From Neodothiora populina (taxonomy: Eukaryota): DNA of 64,000 bases. Positions 13,860 to 28,209 of the stretch are shown piece by piece. Location of the stretch: contig NW_027191408.1 of assembly GCF_041146345.1 (NCBI RefSeq), forward strand, positions 1,116,001-1,180,000. The letters are read 5' to 3'. The notes beneath the pieces were generated by a model. The model was not told the DNA's origin. It saw only the letters and a program-made list of their open reading frames with translations, and searched no databases. A program made the translations under genes and the position numbers. Within the stretch, counting starts at the first letter, position 1. Every line of letters begins with the position of its first letter.

Positions 13860-16800
13860 TATGAGCACTGAACCTTCTTTGGTATCGCGCTCAAAGAGAA
13901 TTGTAGAGAACAAGATACAGACCAGATCCAAGGTGAAGGAAGAGACGCGTTTGTTTGTGGACCCAGGAAGACCGCCGCTTGGCACGAGCCTGCCTTGTTA
14001 GATGTCAGCGACCTACAAGATGGGCAATTACCAAAACAGTCAAGTCCCGACTTCACTAATGGACTAGCGCGATAGTCCCCTTCCCCATCCGAGTACCATA
14101 GAGAGTACGCGCTTTCTTATGAGATGCTCTATCCTAGTGATCTTTTGTGAGGGGTGTGGCAATTCGTCGACGAATGTCGGAAAGAATGACGACGTCGAAG
14201 GGCCATGGCTCTTGGGAACAGCATGTGTAACCTTTTCGGGATCTCCTTTCCTTACACAAGGCCTAGCGATGACTTGACAATTCTGCAAGTGGACTTGATA
14301 TTGACACGTGAACCAGGAAAGTGCATGCCCTCGCTATCAAGCTGATTGACACGGTATATGTGTTTCTGCACCCCACGACACTTACCACAATCTGCCTGCT
14401 AGACCTTAGCTGGAATAAGGTGTACCAGCATCTCGAGAATCCCCCTGAAGGGACAAGATCAAGACTGCTTGCGCGTGGCCATTGTAGCCTTGCGAAATCT
14501 GTAATGTCGCGTCATTACACATGTTGGCAGTGCATGGCATTATCGAAAAAGAGGTAGGTCGAATCCCTTATCGTCGACTACAGTGTCGTTCCTTTACACG
14601 ACACTTACCTTAGCCAGAGCATGCCTGCCCTATCTTCACCTGCCCACTTCCGATATACAGCATGATCGGTCCGGTTTTCGGACCAGATTCTGTGCAAGAT
14701 TGTCACCAGTAACGAGACACATTTGACGACCAGCAGAGTGTCGCGCTTGAACCAAAGGGCGAACAAAGACCACAACTGGGGGTGTCATAAGAGCTGGATG
14801 TAAGTAGGCCTTCTGGAGATTTGTAAGGTTTCCAGTGGATTGATTTTGCTGACTTCAGCATTCCCTATCCGGTGGCGGGCATCCTAACCACTTGGGGCAC
14901 ACGTTGGAGACCAGTGTCCCGGACATGTGAGCCTCCGTCACTCTTTTGCGATCTTGCAGTGATTGTTGCTATAGCCATGTTCCGAGTCCAGGGTATATGG
15001 TCATTTAGATTACTGGTCTCTCACGAACAGCTGTACAACCGACGGATGCTATCAGGACACAATCTATCCAGTCTGGTGGGTCACATGTGAGGTTTCCACG
15101 ATTCCCGGCATAGACGTTCAAACGATCGAGTCCTTTGGACACGCCTTGGAATATCTGAGCCGTATTCCCTGAGACTTCTGGAATCTGGACCTCGTCTAAG
15201 GGCCTCCAAGCAGAGGGCGTGGCATATCCGCCAATGACCCAAGATACTTGATTTTGATATTGCCCATCAATCATTTTCGAACTATACGCATATGGAATGT
15301 ATCAACGCGGCGCTGCCCGGTCTCTAGCCCTGTCCTGGGTTGTGTCAACCGAACGCTTCCGGCAACATGACAACCGACCTCGCTGCCTAAGATGCACTGG
15401 AAATTCGATTTGTCCGTGTCACTGAACAGCTTTCTAGTGTCCTGGAGAGGAGAAGCGGCGTGTACAATGACTCGCAAATCTTGTCGACGCCTTTCGAGGT
15501 ACTCTGACCGACACGGTATGCATGACCTCCTGTGATTCATTTGCGATTATTGAGATAATCTCAGGGGGTAGACTGGTCAATAAAGATTGCGTTTGTGCAC
15601 ACGCTGCAAGTTCTAGCGTCTATTTCCGTCTCCGGCTCGACGATCTCACGCGGAGCATTTTCGGCATATTATATCAGACTCGTGGAGATGTTAACTGGGG
15701 TTGCTGACCGAATCTTCATTGCGACGATGTCGCCTTGTGCATCGGTGAAGACTTGCAGAAGTCGCGTATGCAGATGTGACTGCGAAGATTGAGGAGTGTT
15801 GCGACCGTCAGTATGGTGTGGCGTTGCGAGCATATGAGCCACTGTCGGCTGCCGACATCGGTAAACTCGTAAGTACTGTACCTTAATAATGCTACCGTAC
15901 CTTTAATACATGACTCGAGAAGATCGTCAGTCATATCAATCGGGATCGTAAACAACAACCCCAAAGCGTTTTATACCCGCCTGTCTGGGCCGCATACTGA
16001 TGTTCTATTTGTAATTTGCCTGCCTATAAGTCAAAGCACATATTGCTATCGATCAACATTGACAAGGGGAAACCACGTGGACCGGGAAGACGTGATGCAC
16101 AGACAATCGTGGAGCTGCGTCTTGCATCTGATGAAGTGATCACACGGACAGACATGGCTCACTTACACTTACTTGGTAGAGACAACATCGCCTCCCGGAA
16201 GTGTAGGTACTGAGGACGGGATGTTTTGGAAATTTGTCGTCGATTAGTTGATGGCTTAGTCTTCCATACTCAAGGATGGGATATGACTTGACACTCTATG
16301 GTAAGTAAACTCTGCCATCGATGAACAGGCTGCTGTCCAGAATGGTAGCGATGACATTAGCTGTGGAGATACTACTGCTGTGAGCTAGCCAGTATTCTCC
16401 AATTATCAAACCTACTACGACACATGGCCTTGCGATGAGTTTGTACCAGAGGTATGGCTATCTCCGTCAAGGCCTACAATCGGGTGTGGGCGTTGTAGTA
16501 AAGGACAACACATGACAGTATGCTACCTGCATCGTTATAGGGTCGTATCGCTCTACCAACATGTAACGTGACTGTCATCTCACAATCAGCTGAACAGGCC
16601 ACAGGAGTTTCGATTACCGGTAGGATATGTAGGTTTCCAAGCATCATCTAAGACATCCCCGAGTTGGTCATACGTATTTTCACTTTTCAAGCCACTCCAT
16701 CATTCGTTTCCACGATCGCTTTCAACCGCATCAACACTTACTGTGAACCGTAGCCGGGCCCCCAACGAAGCAGTGAGCAGGCTCGCTCACCTGATGTCTC

Positions 16801-19696
16801 GTGTGGCGTACTGTATCTCGAGTAGCCTTGGATCGGATCGGAGATGCCGAATCTTCCTAGTAGCCACTATCTGTGTGTGGCTGCAGATTCCCGGAGATAC
16901 GCTCAAGACACGCTTAGGTATATAGCTGCCATGGGGACCAGATTGGGTGAGATCAGTCGCCATTAGACATCCGGGGCTCGCCGTCTTCTCATCGGAATAC
17001 ACAACCGAGTTATCAGGGGGTGGGACATGATTGAGACATTGCCAGTGCTGTCCCGGGTCAGTGCTACCAGAATTCGATGCGTGCGTGATCTCTCTCTTTA
17101 GCTCTTCAAGGACTTGTTCCAATCAGCTTGTCTGAAGCGGCAGGTAACACCACGGCTATTGGGGTCCCAGGCCTCGCATAGGTGGTGGTATCGAGCTTTA
17201 TATGCTCTTCCGAGTAAGGCGTATGTTTCCAAGATACCTGTTGGCCGGTTTTTTTGGGGACTTCTTCCAGAGATTGAGGCACCTGACATCTTACGTCCTA
17301 ATTCTCCTTCTCGCATAATTTTTCAATTCTTCTTTCATGTACTCTGTTCAGTCAGGAGTAAATACAGTAACCTCAAGCCATTTCGCTAGCGAAGAGTCTG
17401 TCTACCTACAGTGACCGTGTATCGAAAGCCCACCTCAGCATTTCGATCCGCACAAGCTTTCTACAAGATAGATGGATATATCTAGTCCTTGAGGAGGTAA
17501 ATAAACAGCAGTGAGAAGGAAAGACCGAGGAAGATGAGACACGAACCCAACGAGGTCCATGAACTCGTAGGATCACAAGTATTCACCATCGTCGACCCGG
17601 GATCATTCTCCGAATGATACGCGGCAGTACCATTCTTATATCGACGTCCAGTCCTTGACATCACTAAACAATGTGCCATATGGCTAGTGATCATCGATCA
17701 ATACCCAATACTCCCGCTTATGTTCCTGCCCTTCAACCCAGCCATTCCATCACCAAGAGTAACGTACCGGCAGCTTCAGTGAGCATGCCAAGCATGTGGA
17801 ATATCGACGATATAGCAACGGGAAACAGCAGCAGGCAGATATTCTACACTTGAGTGACGTCCTTATCCGCAGTAGTCATACAGTAATAAGTCCTCCCATC
17901 TACCCATGGTGACAGTCCGTTGAGTATCAAAGAGGCTAGGATCTAACCCTGAGGAGTGAATGCACTTGGGAGAGTGGCTGTAGTGTACGGAGATATGGAC
18001 TTGTCTATTCCCTCTATGTCATCGGTGCTATGTATCTCAATCAAAGGTCCATCGGGGGCATGAAGCTACGAAATAAAGTAAAAGACATGGACTATCGAGC
18101 CTCAACTCAGAAAGTCCACAAATAGAGACGGAGGAGAGATACAGACATTAAGGTGAACATCACCACTACTTATCCTATCACCCTGATATATCCTCACAGC
18201 GACAGGAACAACAACAAGCAATAGATAGGTACATGGAGACTAGTCTCCATCCTCTACCTCAACTGACAGAGATCAAGATTTATCCCCCGTGGGTTGGATA
18301 TCAAAGAGGGACAGGGTCGCCTCACGACCGCCGAATGGAAAGCTTTACTTCTCTCCCTCCGAGCAGTATGCAATCCCATTCTCATCACTCGAGGTTGTCC
18401 AAGACAGTATACAGGATCTAGGAGAATAGTTTACCATAGCATCTGCCATGGTGGATGTGTCATGCTTCCGCGGTTCTAGTTTATCTTTTTTATGATCTGG
18501 CGTGAATCGACGAATATCACACGCTTACATATATACTTATTCAAGACAAAGATCACTGACCAACACAGTTCCATGACTTGATGCCATCAGCAAATACACA
18601 AGATGCGCGACAGGGAAGAGGTGTATCATCAATTCATGCTCTCACTACTTCTGCTGTGGTATGTAGCTCGGCTTCATCAAGATGTACTACATATCTCAAG
18701 CAAAGGAAAAGGTCACGCAAGCCAATCCCATGTAACAACAGCCGTCCACAAAAGAGATATATACAAGCCGAGGCAAAGGAAAAGCAACACTTCGCCAATG
18801 CCTCTCGTGCGGCGGCGCCCTCACTCGCTGTCCGAATCTATTTTGCAAAGACTGTATATCTCGAGAGAATGAACAAGGCCAGCTACGCGATAACCGTTCC
18901 GATCATCCTGACGGTGACTGAAATATCCCCGTTCAAGCTCGTTATAGTGCTGGGGTATTGGTTGCAGATTAGCGATGTGTATTTGTCGTGATGCATGGCT
19001 GGGTTGGAGCATGACCCTGTCCGCCTGTCGACCACTCTACAGCTTTCTACCTTACTGTCCGTCTGTCACGTTATATCTACAGTACTCAATTGAAAGACAG
19101 GGCTTAGATATGTGAATTGATAGACCGGAACTGATGACACTTTTTACTATCTTACAGTCTACTATTAGAGTCTGACCAAAGATGAGGAAGACAGGGGCAG
19201 GATACCCGTCTTGTCTCGTCTCACGTAGATCATACCTTGCACATACATATCGTGTCCGGTGTCCAGGCAGAAGAGCAAGCATTACAAGACACTTTCTCAT
19301 ACCTTTACACGACACATGAGTCCCAAACTCTCGAAAGTCCAGCACATCGAATCTGTCCAAGAGTAGGGGTTGATTTTTGTTTTTTTTGAAAATGCGATGG
19401 CCTTTTGCACTTTTCTCTCACGATTCGAAATAACTCCACAAACAGGCAGCTATTGAATCGATAAACACCTGAAAATGAAGAACAAACAAGGCTCCCCTCC
19501 TCCCGTATGCCACCAATTCAATGACCGTACGATACAAAACAGCAATTGACCCCTTCCTTTTTCCAGAAACGCCGGGTTTGTATATGCAGCGCAGTTTCAA
19601 AGCAAATTGCCAAATGCAAACAGAAAATTGAAATAAATTCTCGTGCATGTTCTCGAACAGACAGCGACCGAGTCTCACTTTCCGCGAAAAGAAACT

Positions 19697-22600
19697 TTAC
19701 ATCTCAGCTAGTTGACGATCAATCTCGCCGTCCAAGAAAGCCCTCTTGCCGGCATCTAGTTGCGTAGCCAGCTTCTGCTCCGTCAGAGCCTTGAGCTGCT
19801 TCTTCGTCACACTGTCGAGATCCACCTCGCGCAGGCACTCGGCCACAGCCATGCCGATGTCGTGCTCGCTGACTCCACGGGTCTGGAAACCGTTTGGACC
19901 GAGACCGATGGTGCTCTGCGGACGAGACGCACCCAGTGGTGAGCGCTGTCGAGGCACACCTGCTCCGGGTCCCTGTAACGGTGGTGACTGTTGTGGAGAC
20001 AACAGATCGGTCTGCGATGGCAAGCCTCCAGGGGGAAGCAGTTGCGAGTTTTGTCGAGAGTATTGTGGTGAGTATTGACCTTGTGCCTGCTCGGACATGC
20101 CTCCCATCGACATGAGACGACCGTGCTCGGTAGCATGGTCGGTATAATGCGAGTATGAGCTGACACGGTTCATGTTGGAGAATGGATTAGGAGACTGAGT
20201 GGGCGGGCGGTGAGGCATGTTTTGGTGCATTTGAGGATGGAAGCCCGTGAGGACAGTAGAAGCAGGCTTGACACTGCTGTACATGCTTTGCATGTCATCC
20301 ATCTCATAACCGGGTTGCACTGGGTAGTCGGAGTACATCATCTCCTTCTCCATTTCAGGGTTGCCGCGTGCGCCGGGTAGGTTGTTCATCATGGCGTACT
20401 CGTCCCAGCGTTGGAGAGGAATGCTGCGCGGATCGAAGACTTCCTCGTCAACGGCCACGATTTGCTTGCTTCCCTTCTCTCCGATGACAACACGAGTGTT
20501 ACCCCAGGAGAAATCGTCCTGCTTCCAGAACGAGTAGATCGGAAGAATAAACGAGTAAATGGGATAGGCCATCAGATAGATGATCATCCATCCGATGTGT
20601 TGCCATTGGCGCTTGAGGATGAAGATGATAGCTTGCAAGCCGTACACACCCGCCAGCATAATAATGGAAACCATTGGGAATTGTCCAGTACCAGTCGAGG
20701 CGACGACGATCAGGTAGACTAAGTAGACGCAAGTGGCTGGGAGAATAATGGTACCGAAGAGATCGACAAAGACGACGAAACGCATACTGAAACAACAGAA
20801 ACCACACAAGTCCTGAATAAAGATGAGCTCGGCCAAGTTGTGGATGGTAGAGTTGATCCAGCGACGACGTTGTGAGAGCAAGACGCTCCATTCTTCGGGT
20901 GCAGCAGTCAGAGCATACGCATCTGGGACAAACTTGAAAGAACACTGGGGAAAGTGCTTGAGCATGAGTGTGGTCAAGAAACGATCTTCTCCCAGAGACA
21001 GCAGATTCTTCTTGTGAAGGGTGTCGACATTGCTAAAGCTGTATTCTTCAATAATTGCATCGGAGATGATCAACGGTTTGCCCTTGTCAGCTGTTCGCAG
21101 ACGATACATGGTGAAACTGTGAAAGTAGATGGTCAGCTGAATGTTCTGTTCGCGTACAGGAGACTTGAGTTGACATGACTTACCATCCAGGCAAACAGGT
21201 GACGCTGCCGAACAAACTCTCGAAAGCCTTTGCAAGATGATGGGAGATATAGTATTCATAGACCTGGATCATAGTCCACCAACTGCGTTCTTCGTTTTCA
21301 AGACTGGTTTCACCACAAATACCAGCGATTTTGGAATCGTTGGCACAACTTGCGACGAGTCTTGTCAAAGCATCTTCCTTGACGAGTGTATCGGCATCGA
21401 CCATCAAGAGGTATTCGTAGAGCTCAGGGTCGACACCAATGACATTGTTGATCTGGTGGAACATCTCAAGCTCAAGAGGGGACATGGGAGAACGATGGTG
21501 TACACGATTAAGGAAGGACATGAGCAGAATCTGGGAGTCACGCTTGCCACGATTGCCAGGCTTGGACTTGGTTTGCTCGGACTCCTTGCCGACTTTGACG
21601 ACAACGATGTAAGGCACGACATTTCCTTCGAATTCGTAGAGACCAGAGTAGACCTTTCCGTAGTTGAGCTGTTCGTTTCCGGTACCGACAGACTTGAAAG
21701 GAAGAGCGGGAGGATCCATCTTGGGGTCGACACCGAGGATATCAAGGACAATTTTAGGTGTAGGCCGATCGTTACCACCTCCGACAATCATACCGTCGCA
21801 AATAACGCAGATGAGCTTCCTCTTGTTGTCGTAGGCGAGAGCTGTCAAAGAGTCCAGACCCTTACGCAGATGGTCTTCACCCTCAGTGTATGCAGGCACT
21901 TGACAAATGACGAACTTGTCCTGCGGTGCAGGTCTTCGCTTCGAGCCAAACTGCAAGGCAGCCAAGAACTTGATCAAAATAACAGCGCACATGATGATAG
22001 TGAAAGCCAGCAAAATGTAGTTGTTGACCTGACAGCGGGGCGAGTCTCTGAAGTCAAGTCTTCCCACGTAGAAGTTGTTGTCCAAACACTGCATAATGGC
22101 AGAACTCGCGGTGACGTTGCTGGCGAGCTTTTCCTTGAATTCCGAGGCAAGGTCACCGCCAGGGTTGTTGTTCACAATGTCATTGAAGGTGTCTCCAAAA
22201 AAGTTGTACTGGTCGAGGTTGTTCATCAGATCAAGAGTGTAATAATAGTCGGTCAGATCGTAAATCTTCTGGCCCATTGTGAACCATTTGTGACCGTCGT
22301 TCTCGCCCTCGTTCCTGACCTTGTTCTTCTTGACCACAAGGTCACCCTTGTAGTACTCCTTCATTCTGGGCAGGAAGTCTTTGTTGTACCAATCGATGCT
22401 GTGAAGCTTGGACGTGGGGGTTGTCTGCAGACGTGGTCCGGAATCGTGACTGGCCTGTGGGTAGAGGAGCGTGGTGTTGTACTGCAGGACAATAGTGTTG
22501 TCTTGAACGAGTCCAGGGCAGGCGATTGTGAGAGGGGGGCGAATGTACTCGGTCACGTCGGTACCGGCGAACGGTTCCATGTTTGACTGTGTGGTCTCGG

Positions 22601-25194
22601 TAGGCAAGTCGCTGTGTTGCAGCTTCCAAAACTTGGACATGTCGTAAACATGCCCGCGGTAGCTGACGTACCAATCGTTGTCGCCAGTGTGATAACCGAC
22701 TTCTTTGGCATTCCAGGCCTTGGCAGACTTGGGACACAAAACTTTTCCAAAACCGACAATGTAGAAAATGACAGTGGCGTTGATCAAAAAGATAATCATC
22801 ATTAGAGTGAACTTTTCTCTCCAAGCAAAACGAACATCGGGACGCTTCATACGGCCGAGGTAACGAAGGGCGAAAGAAGGGATGAAACAGGTCATGATCC
22901 AACAGGTGGCGACCCAGATTTTTCTCGCACGTGTGATGGGAAGCTCGGTGATGACCTTGCCATCACCTTCCTCAAGTTCGCCGTAGTATGAGATGCCGTT
23001 CTTATCGTCACCCTTGGTGCCGAGGCCGTAGTCACCCTTGTAGGCACTTCGGACTGTCTGGGCGCCTGCTTGGGTAGGTGCAATAGATCTGGCGCCCATT
23101 TGGCTCTGGTTTGCAAAACTCTGGTTGCGGCTGAGGAGGTTCTCCCTACTGGGATCGGCGAAAGGGCCCTGGCCGTAGAAGCTATCCGCGATCATCGGAG
23201 TCGAGACCTGGTAACCGGGCATGCCAGCCGGAGGGGCAGGTTGCTCCTCGATAGGCTTCATGTCAAGCATGCTCTCAGCCTCCCACCAGGCGGCTTCACG
23301 CATCCAGATGCGCTCGGTGCCGATGATGACCTCTCCGTTGCTCCAACCGCGTTCCATGATCCAGCTCTCGACTCCCTCGCGGCCATCTTGGCAGCCAAGG
23401 CGAGAGTAGCGATCGACGAACTCGACGAGGTCGAAGTCGGCCGTATAGTCGAGCTGTTTGTTACGGTAATTGGCCCACTCGGCCAATCTCCATGCGCGGA
23501 TCTGACCAGACACGGATCCAGCAGACCATGGGAAGACACCGGGAGCCTGGTTGGCAAGAGATGCAGGAGTGGCATCGGTGGGGTGCATAGCAAGATGGAA
23601 CCACACACGACTGCTGGCCAGCAAGTTCGGCAGACTGAACCTCCCAGTCTTGCCGAGAACGACACCCTGGCCGTCGATGGGATAGACAAGGCGACGCAAG
23701 AAGCTGTCGGCCTCGGTCTCAGTGCCAACCTTCTCGAGCACACCTTCACGGCGGTCGAGTGTGTCCGCGCGATCCTTGGCCTCGACACCTCCAGGGATGT
23801 CTAGATCTGCCTCACTCTCAGAAACAGCGGTCTTCATGTCCTTGATCACAGAGGAGCCGGCGTTGACCACAGGGACACCGTCCTCGGTCATCTCGGCGTT
23901 GATGCCATGGGTGTTGTCGAAGACGGTGCGGAGGGCGACAGCTTTGCCCAATTGTTGACTCGGTAGCTCGATAACAGTCAGACTGACGCTGTCACCCTCT
24001 TCCTGGTCGGATGGAGGGGTGAGAGCACCTCCACGCTCACTGTCCGAGGAGTCGGCACCAACACCCACTGCGGCGAGCGGGGAGGGACGGACGTGACGCA
24101 TCTCGATGCGGATGGCCTCGTTGGCTTTGGCGATGACCCAGTCGACGAGAGATTCGTAGATGGCAGCGATCAAGATCTGCCTGTCGAGGGTATCACATTT
24201 CTTGAGCAGAACGTCGGTGTCGAGGTCCAGCAGGTCTGCCACCTCTTCACAGGTGCTCTCGAGCACATCCTCTTCGACGAGGAAGCCAAGGGAATCGCCT
24301 AGTTTCAGGATTGCCGCAAGAGCAGACAGCATGTTTCGCAGAGCAGCTCCCTTGATGCCGATTGCCTTTAATGAGTCCCTGAAGTCCTCTGCAGCAGCAG
24401 CGTCGTCGGCGGTCGGGAGGTATGAAGGTGGGGAGTATGTCTCCGTCTTTTTCAGCAGAGTGTAGGCAGAAGCCGGTCGCAAGCTGAGAGCCTCCCTCTC
24501 AGCAGCAGAGGCACCAGTGAGAAGGTAGTAGAACACATCGAAGGCTCGGTATCCGGCCTCGGGAGGCACCTCGAGGAGACCGTTCTTGACGTCGATTCCA
24601 GAGGTAGAGAGAGCGATGGAAGCACCGATGATCTCTCCAGTCAGGGAAAGGTTGAAGGTAGCGGCGAGATTCTCATGTCGAGGAGCGGCCGGGTTCCTGG
24701 GAGTGACGCATTGGAGGAAGGGTCGTAGGGCGCTGAGGGCGGTAAAGACTGATGTGGGAGCAGCAAATGGCAGGGCCGAGATGAAGGGGATGAGAAGGGA
24801 AGGGGTCGAATCGTGAGTAGAACTGTGGTGACGGATGATCAGTACGACGCGTGTCCATTTGAGCAAGCAGACGGAAAGTATCTTTCCCAGAGAGATAAAC
24901 TCACCCTAACACAATACATCCGTCTTCCGCCCTCCGTCGAGCGTGTTCCCAGGCTCTGTGGGCGAGCTCTGCATCCACAAGACCGCCTGAGACACCGTCT
25001 GGACCGGCGTTGAGGCCAGTGACCCAGGTGTTGATGACCAGACTGGTGCTAGATTCGAGCGAGTACGGTTGTGCTTGAGTGTAACTCGTGTGAAGGGCGT
25101 TCAGGAGCGTCGTCGTCGACACTTGCTGGGCGACATGAAGTGCAGATCGATGGGCGTTCGACGCTGTCGAGTACATGGACATTCGAGATGCCAT
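19697..25194 (-). CDS. csmB: Class VII chitin synthase with short myosin-motor-like domain (CsmB/ChsVb type), ~1782 aa; exons 25194-24905, 24822-21184, 21116-19697
   Basis: Myosin-like N-terminus lacking a P-loop, cytochrome-b5-like region (GHVYDMSKF), GT2 motifs [51 protein letters not shown], and a C-terminal DEK_C-like segment. Introns 24904-24823 and 21183-21117 restore the frame. Confidence 0.95.
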
Positions 25195-26283
25195 GGCGAA
25201 GGCGAGTCTGGCAGCCGGGAGTCTGAAGACTCAGCCTGGAATGTTGAGGGTGCCTTTCTGGTTTTTACCCTTTGCTGCCTCACACAACAGATGAGTTGAT
25301 GAGAAAATCTAGACAGTGATTTTGACACTGATCGAAGTGGCAACAGGTGGCTCTTTGGTATGTTTCGTGTCGAGACCTGGTTAGAATATAGAGACGGGCG
25401 GAGCTTCCGGTGTTGTTATTGTCGTTGATGCTCAAAATAGCACGCAGACCAGCGAGTGACAGGGGGATCAAGCGATTGTATGGGAGTCCCGAAGACGATG
25501 CAAAGAAAAACACCAAAAGTCCAATGTTTTCTTGTCAAGTCGATGGATAAGGTAGGCAAAGACAAAAGAATCACAGCAAGGCGAGGTGAACTACCTTACT
25601 ACTGTGTAGGGCAACGGTCCGGTAGTATAGACAGACTCGATCCAAGGAGGCTTACACTTGCTTACCTTAATTAGCTTGTGCTGCTGTCCCTCTTCTGGCT
25701 CTCTCGTTTGGGGGACTCGCCTTTTGCCTCACCAGACTGCACTAGACACATACACACACACATTCTACCTTTACTTCTCTTCGGTCGACTAGAAAGCACC
25801 AGCATCTGCATCACACTCCCAACTCGCACTCAATAATGGCGGGAGCCCGTGCGTGCAAGCCAGAGATCGGCAGCCTGACACTCCCTGCCTATTACTTTGC
25901 ATTATTCATATCAATGCCGATACGAGAACATCAACCTCTCCACCCACCGATCATCTTGCCGCGGGAGACGGTACAAGTACTGTAGACGTCAGCAACCACG
26001 GTGAACTCTCCCCTGTATCATGATGCATTCTACTCTTGAGGTGTATTCCATTTTGTGCCAGACTAAAGCAGAATTCAATCAACATGACGGCGCAAGACCT
26101 GGACTGTGCCCGCCCGTGCTTTTCTTTCCATCTCATTGTATCCCTTCTCCCTTGCTGTTTGTTTCTTATCGGACACTTCTGCTGCATCATCCTCGACTGT
26201 AGAAAACGCCAGAAACATACCATTGTGGTTGTAGAGCGCTTTGTTTTCATGTGTAGGCCCAAGCAAAAAAAAAGAGAATAGAA

Positions 26284-26293
26284 CTAATAATAG
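26284..26293. promoter_or_regulatory. Rlm1/RlmA (MEF2-type MADS box) consensus site in the shared csmB/csmA bidirectional promoter
   Basis: CTAATAATAG = CTA(A/T)4TAG, in the ~3 kb between the divergent start codons (25194 and 28210). Confidence 0.5.
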
Positions 26294-28209
26294 ACCCTGC
26301 AGATGGACAGGCTAAGAGAGAGACAAGGCAAGGCAGGAGGCGGAGCTGCTGTTGGTCAACAACAGCGTCGTGCGGGCGGGCAGATGCGGATCCACGCCAG
26401 CCATCATCCATCATCGCTGGGGTGGCTTGGCTAAAGCTAACCCTGGTAACTCACCACTCCCGCCCATCCTTGATGCATGAACGCGCAATCAAGCGTTCTG
26501 CTGTCTTGTGTCGTGTGGTTCGGCGAGCGTGTTGCCGCAGAGTATGCTTGATCGGCCGGTACTCTGTGATCAAATCGAGAATTGTGCAATTGTGGAATAC
26601 AGTAGTACAGACTCCTCACCGCAATAATAATATAGTCCGGATCCTACAACATGACCCGTCGTTTTGAAAAGGCGTTTAGACTGTGCTCCGCTCAACCCCA
26701 TGGCCATGCTCCATATTGTATGAGATTTCACATTTAGCACCAGCCCCCATCATCTCATCTCACTTCTCCTGGGAAGAAGGCCAGAACCACGTCCGGCCAT
26801 CGGTTCGCCGGTAGCAGTGCGGATGTTCCTATTTTCAGTCACGAATATCCACCTCCCTGTCTTCTGACCATGAGCTGTTTGGTATATCAGCATCGCATCA
26901 CAACGAGACAAATTGACCCGCGTTCTCATGGAGATGGCACTGCATGTGAGGCGAACTCGATGAACCTAGTGGCGGCGAAAAGAAAAAAATAATGCTATCC
27001 ACAACGCCACTGGCTGAGCTGACCAAAAAGTAACCCCGCAAGTGCTGCAACGCTAAAGTGATTTAGCTTCGTATCCAAAACAACATCACGTTTGGGACGA
27101 TTGTCATCGCTTGCTTGCGAACGCGAGGCCAGATTTACAGATGATCATACCATTAGTCAAGCACAACCCTTCTGTGGTCGTCGGTTCTAGCAGGAGAAGA
27201 TGACACAATGCGAAAGTCGCGGTGTCGTTCAACTCTTGTGTAGGAGAGATACCTAGAGTATTCGTCGTACGGTTTGACACTTTAAATGCTCGTATACCGA
27301 TACTGGGGATATTCAAAAATAGATGGCAGTGCAAAAATACCCGAGTGCCTCGTATCGTTGACGAGTTCAACGACGGCGCTTGGTCTCACCGGCGGTGCCT
27401 GAGGAGTGTTCCTCGTACCTTCACTGACCTGTGCTCCGGGCTTGCTAAGAAAAGCAACACGTCCCGGGCGCGCTTCCTCGAAGTGGCCTAGCTCGATGCA
27501 TATCCCCCTTCCGCAGAAGTCAATCAGTGGTGTTGGTTTGTCAGTTATGAGTTGCAGAATGTTCGGTGGCAGCCACTGCTGTCTTCGAGTACTGTGGTGG
27601 TAGACAGAAAGTGAACAAAAGGTCCGTGTAAAGGTATGCATTTGCCATCACAGCCAGAATCCACAGATCAGTACTCGACCCGTCCGTAATGCACCTTAGC
27701 AGCTTTATGCTCTACCTTACCCTATTGTGCTAGTTCTTGTACTGTGCTTGCAGTACCGAGTCTTGGTCTGTACTTTGGCTGTGTCTGGCCGCCATCCAGA
27801 CACATGTGTGTAGCCCTTTTTGATTCATCTCTATCTGACCGTTGTTATTCCCCTCTATAACAAAAATACTCGAATTCGTCATTCGTTAGTCTTGCTATTC
27901 AGTGTGTACGGGACTCGACTTTTGTCAAACTCTCGCTCGCCCTCTTTTCTCTCGTTACCACGTTATTGCCGCCAGGTCCCACATAACAACACTAGCAACT
28001 TTGCACAACATCGACCACCTCCGGTTGAGACAGATCAACATCATTTACCTTCGCGTCATCAAATAATCCACGCCTAGATCTGCGTCGAAAGCAGAGGGAA
28101 CAAGAGGTTGATCAACACAACAGCACGGATTACCATCTGCAGCAAATAACGGTATAAAACCAACAACACCAAGAGTCGTCGCCCTTCAAAGGGTGACGTT
28201 CGAGCCATC

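Noticed and set aside
15540..15600. F-box-like peptide LLTSLPPEIISIIA on the minus strand
   Set aside because: In-frame stops lie close by, no downstream F-box conservation is visible, and part of it arises from the palindromic GATTAT-TGAG-ATAATC. A decayed gene cannot be fully excluded without BLASTX.
21237..22586. 449-aa + strand ORF, and similar antisense ORFs at 23070-23804, 28659-29567, 31710-32666, 42028-42771, 38467-39000
   Set aside because: All lie antisense within strongly codon-biased conserved genes and show no recognisable motifs; they are shadow ORFs.
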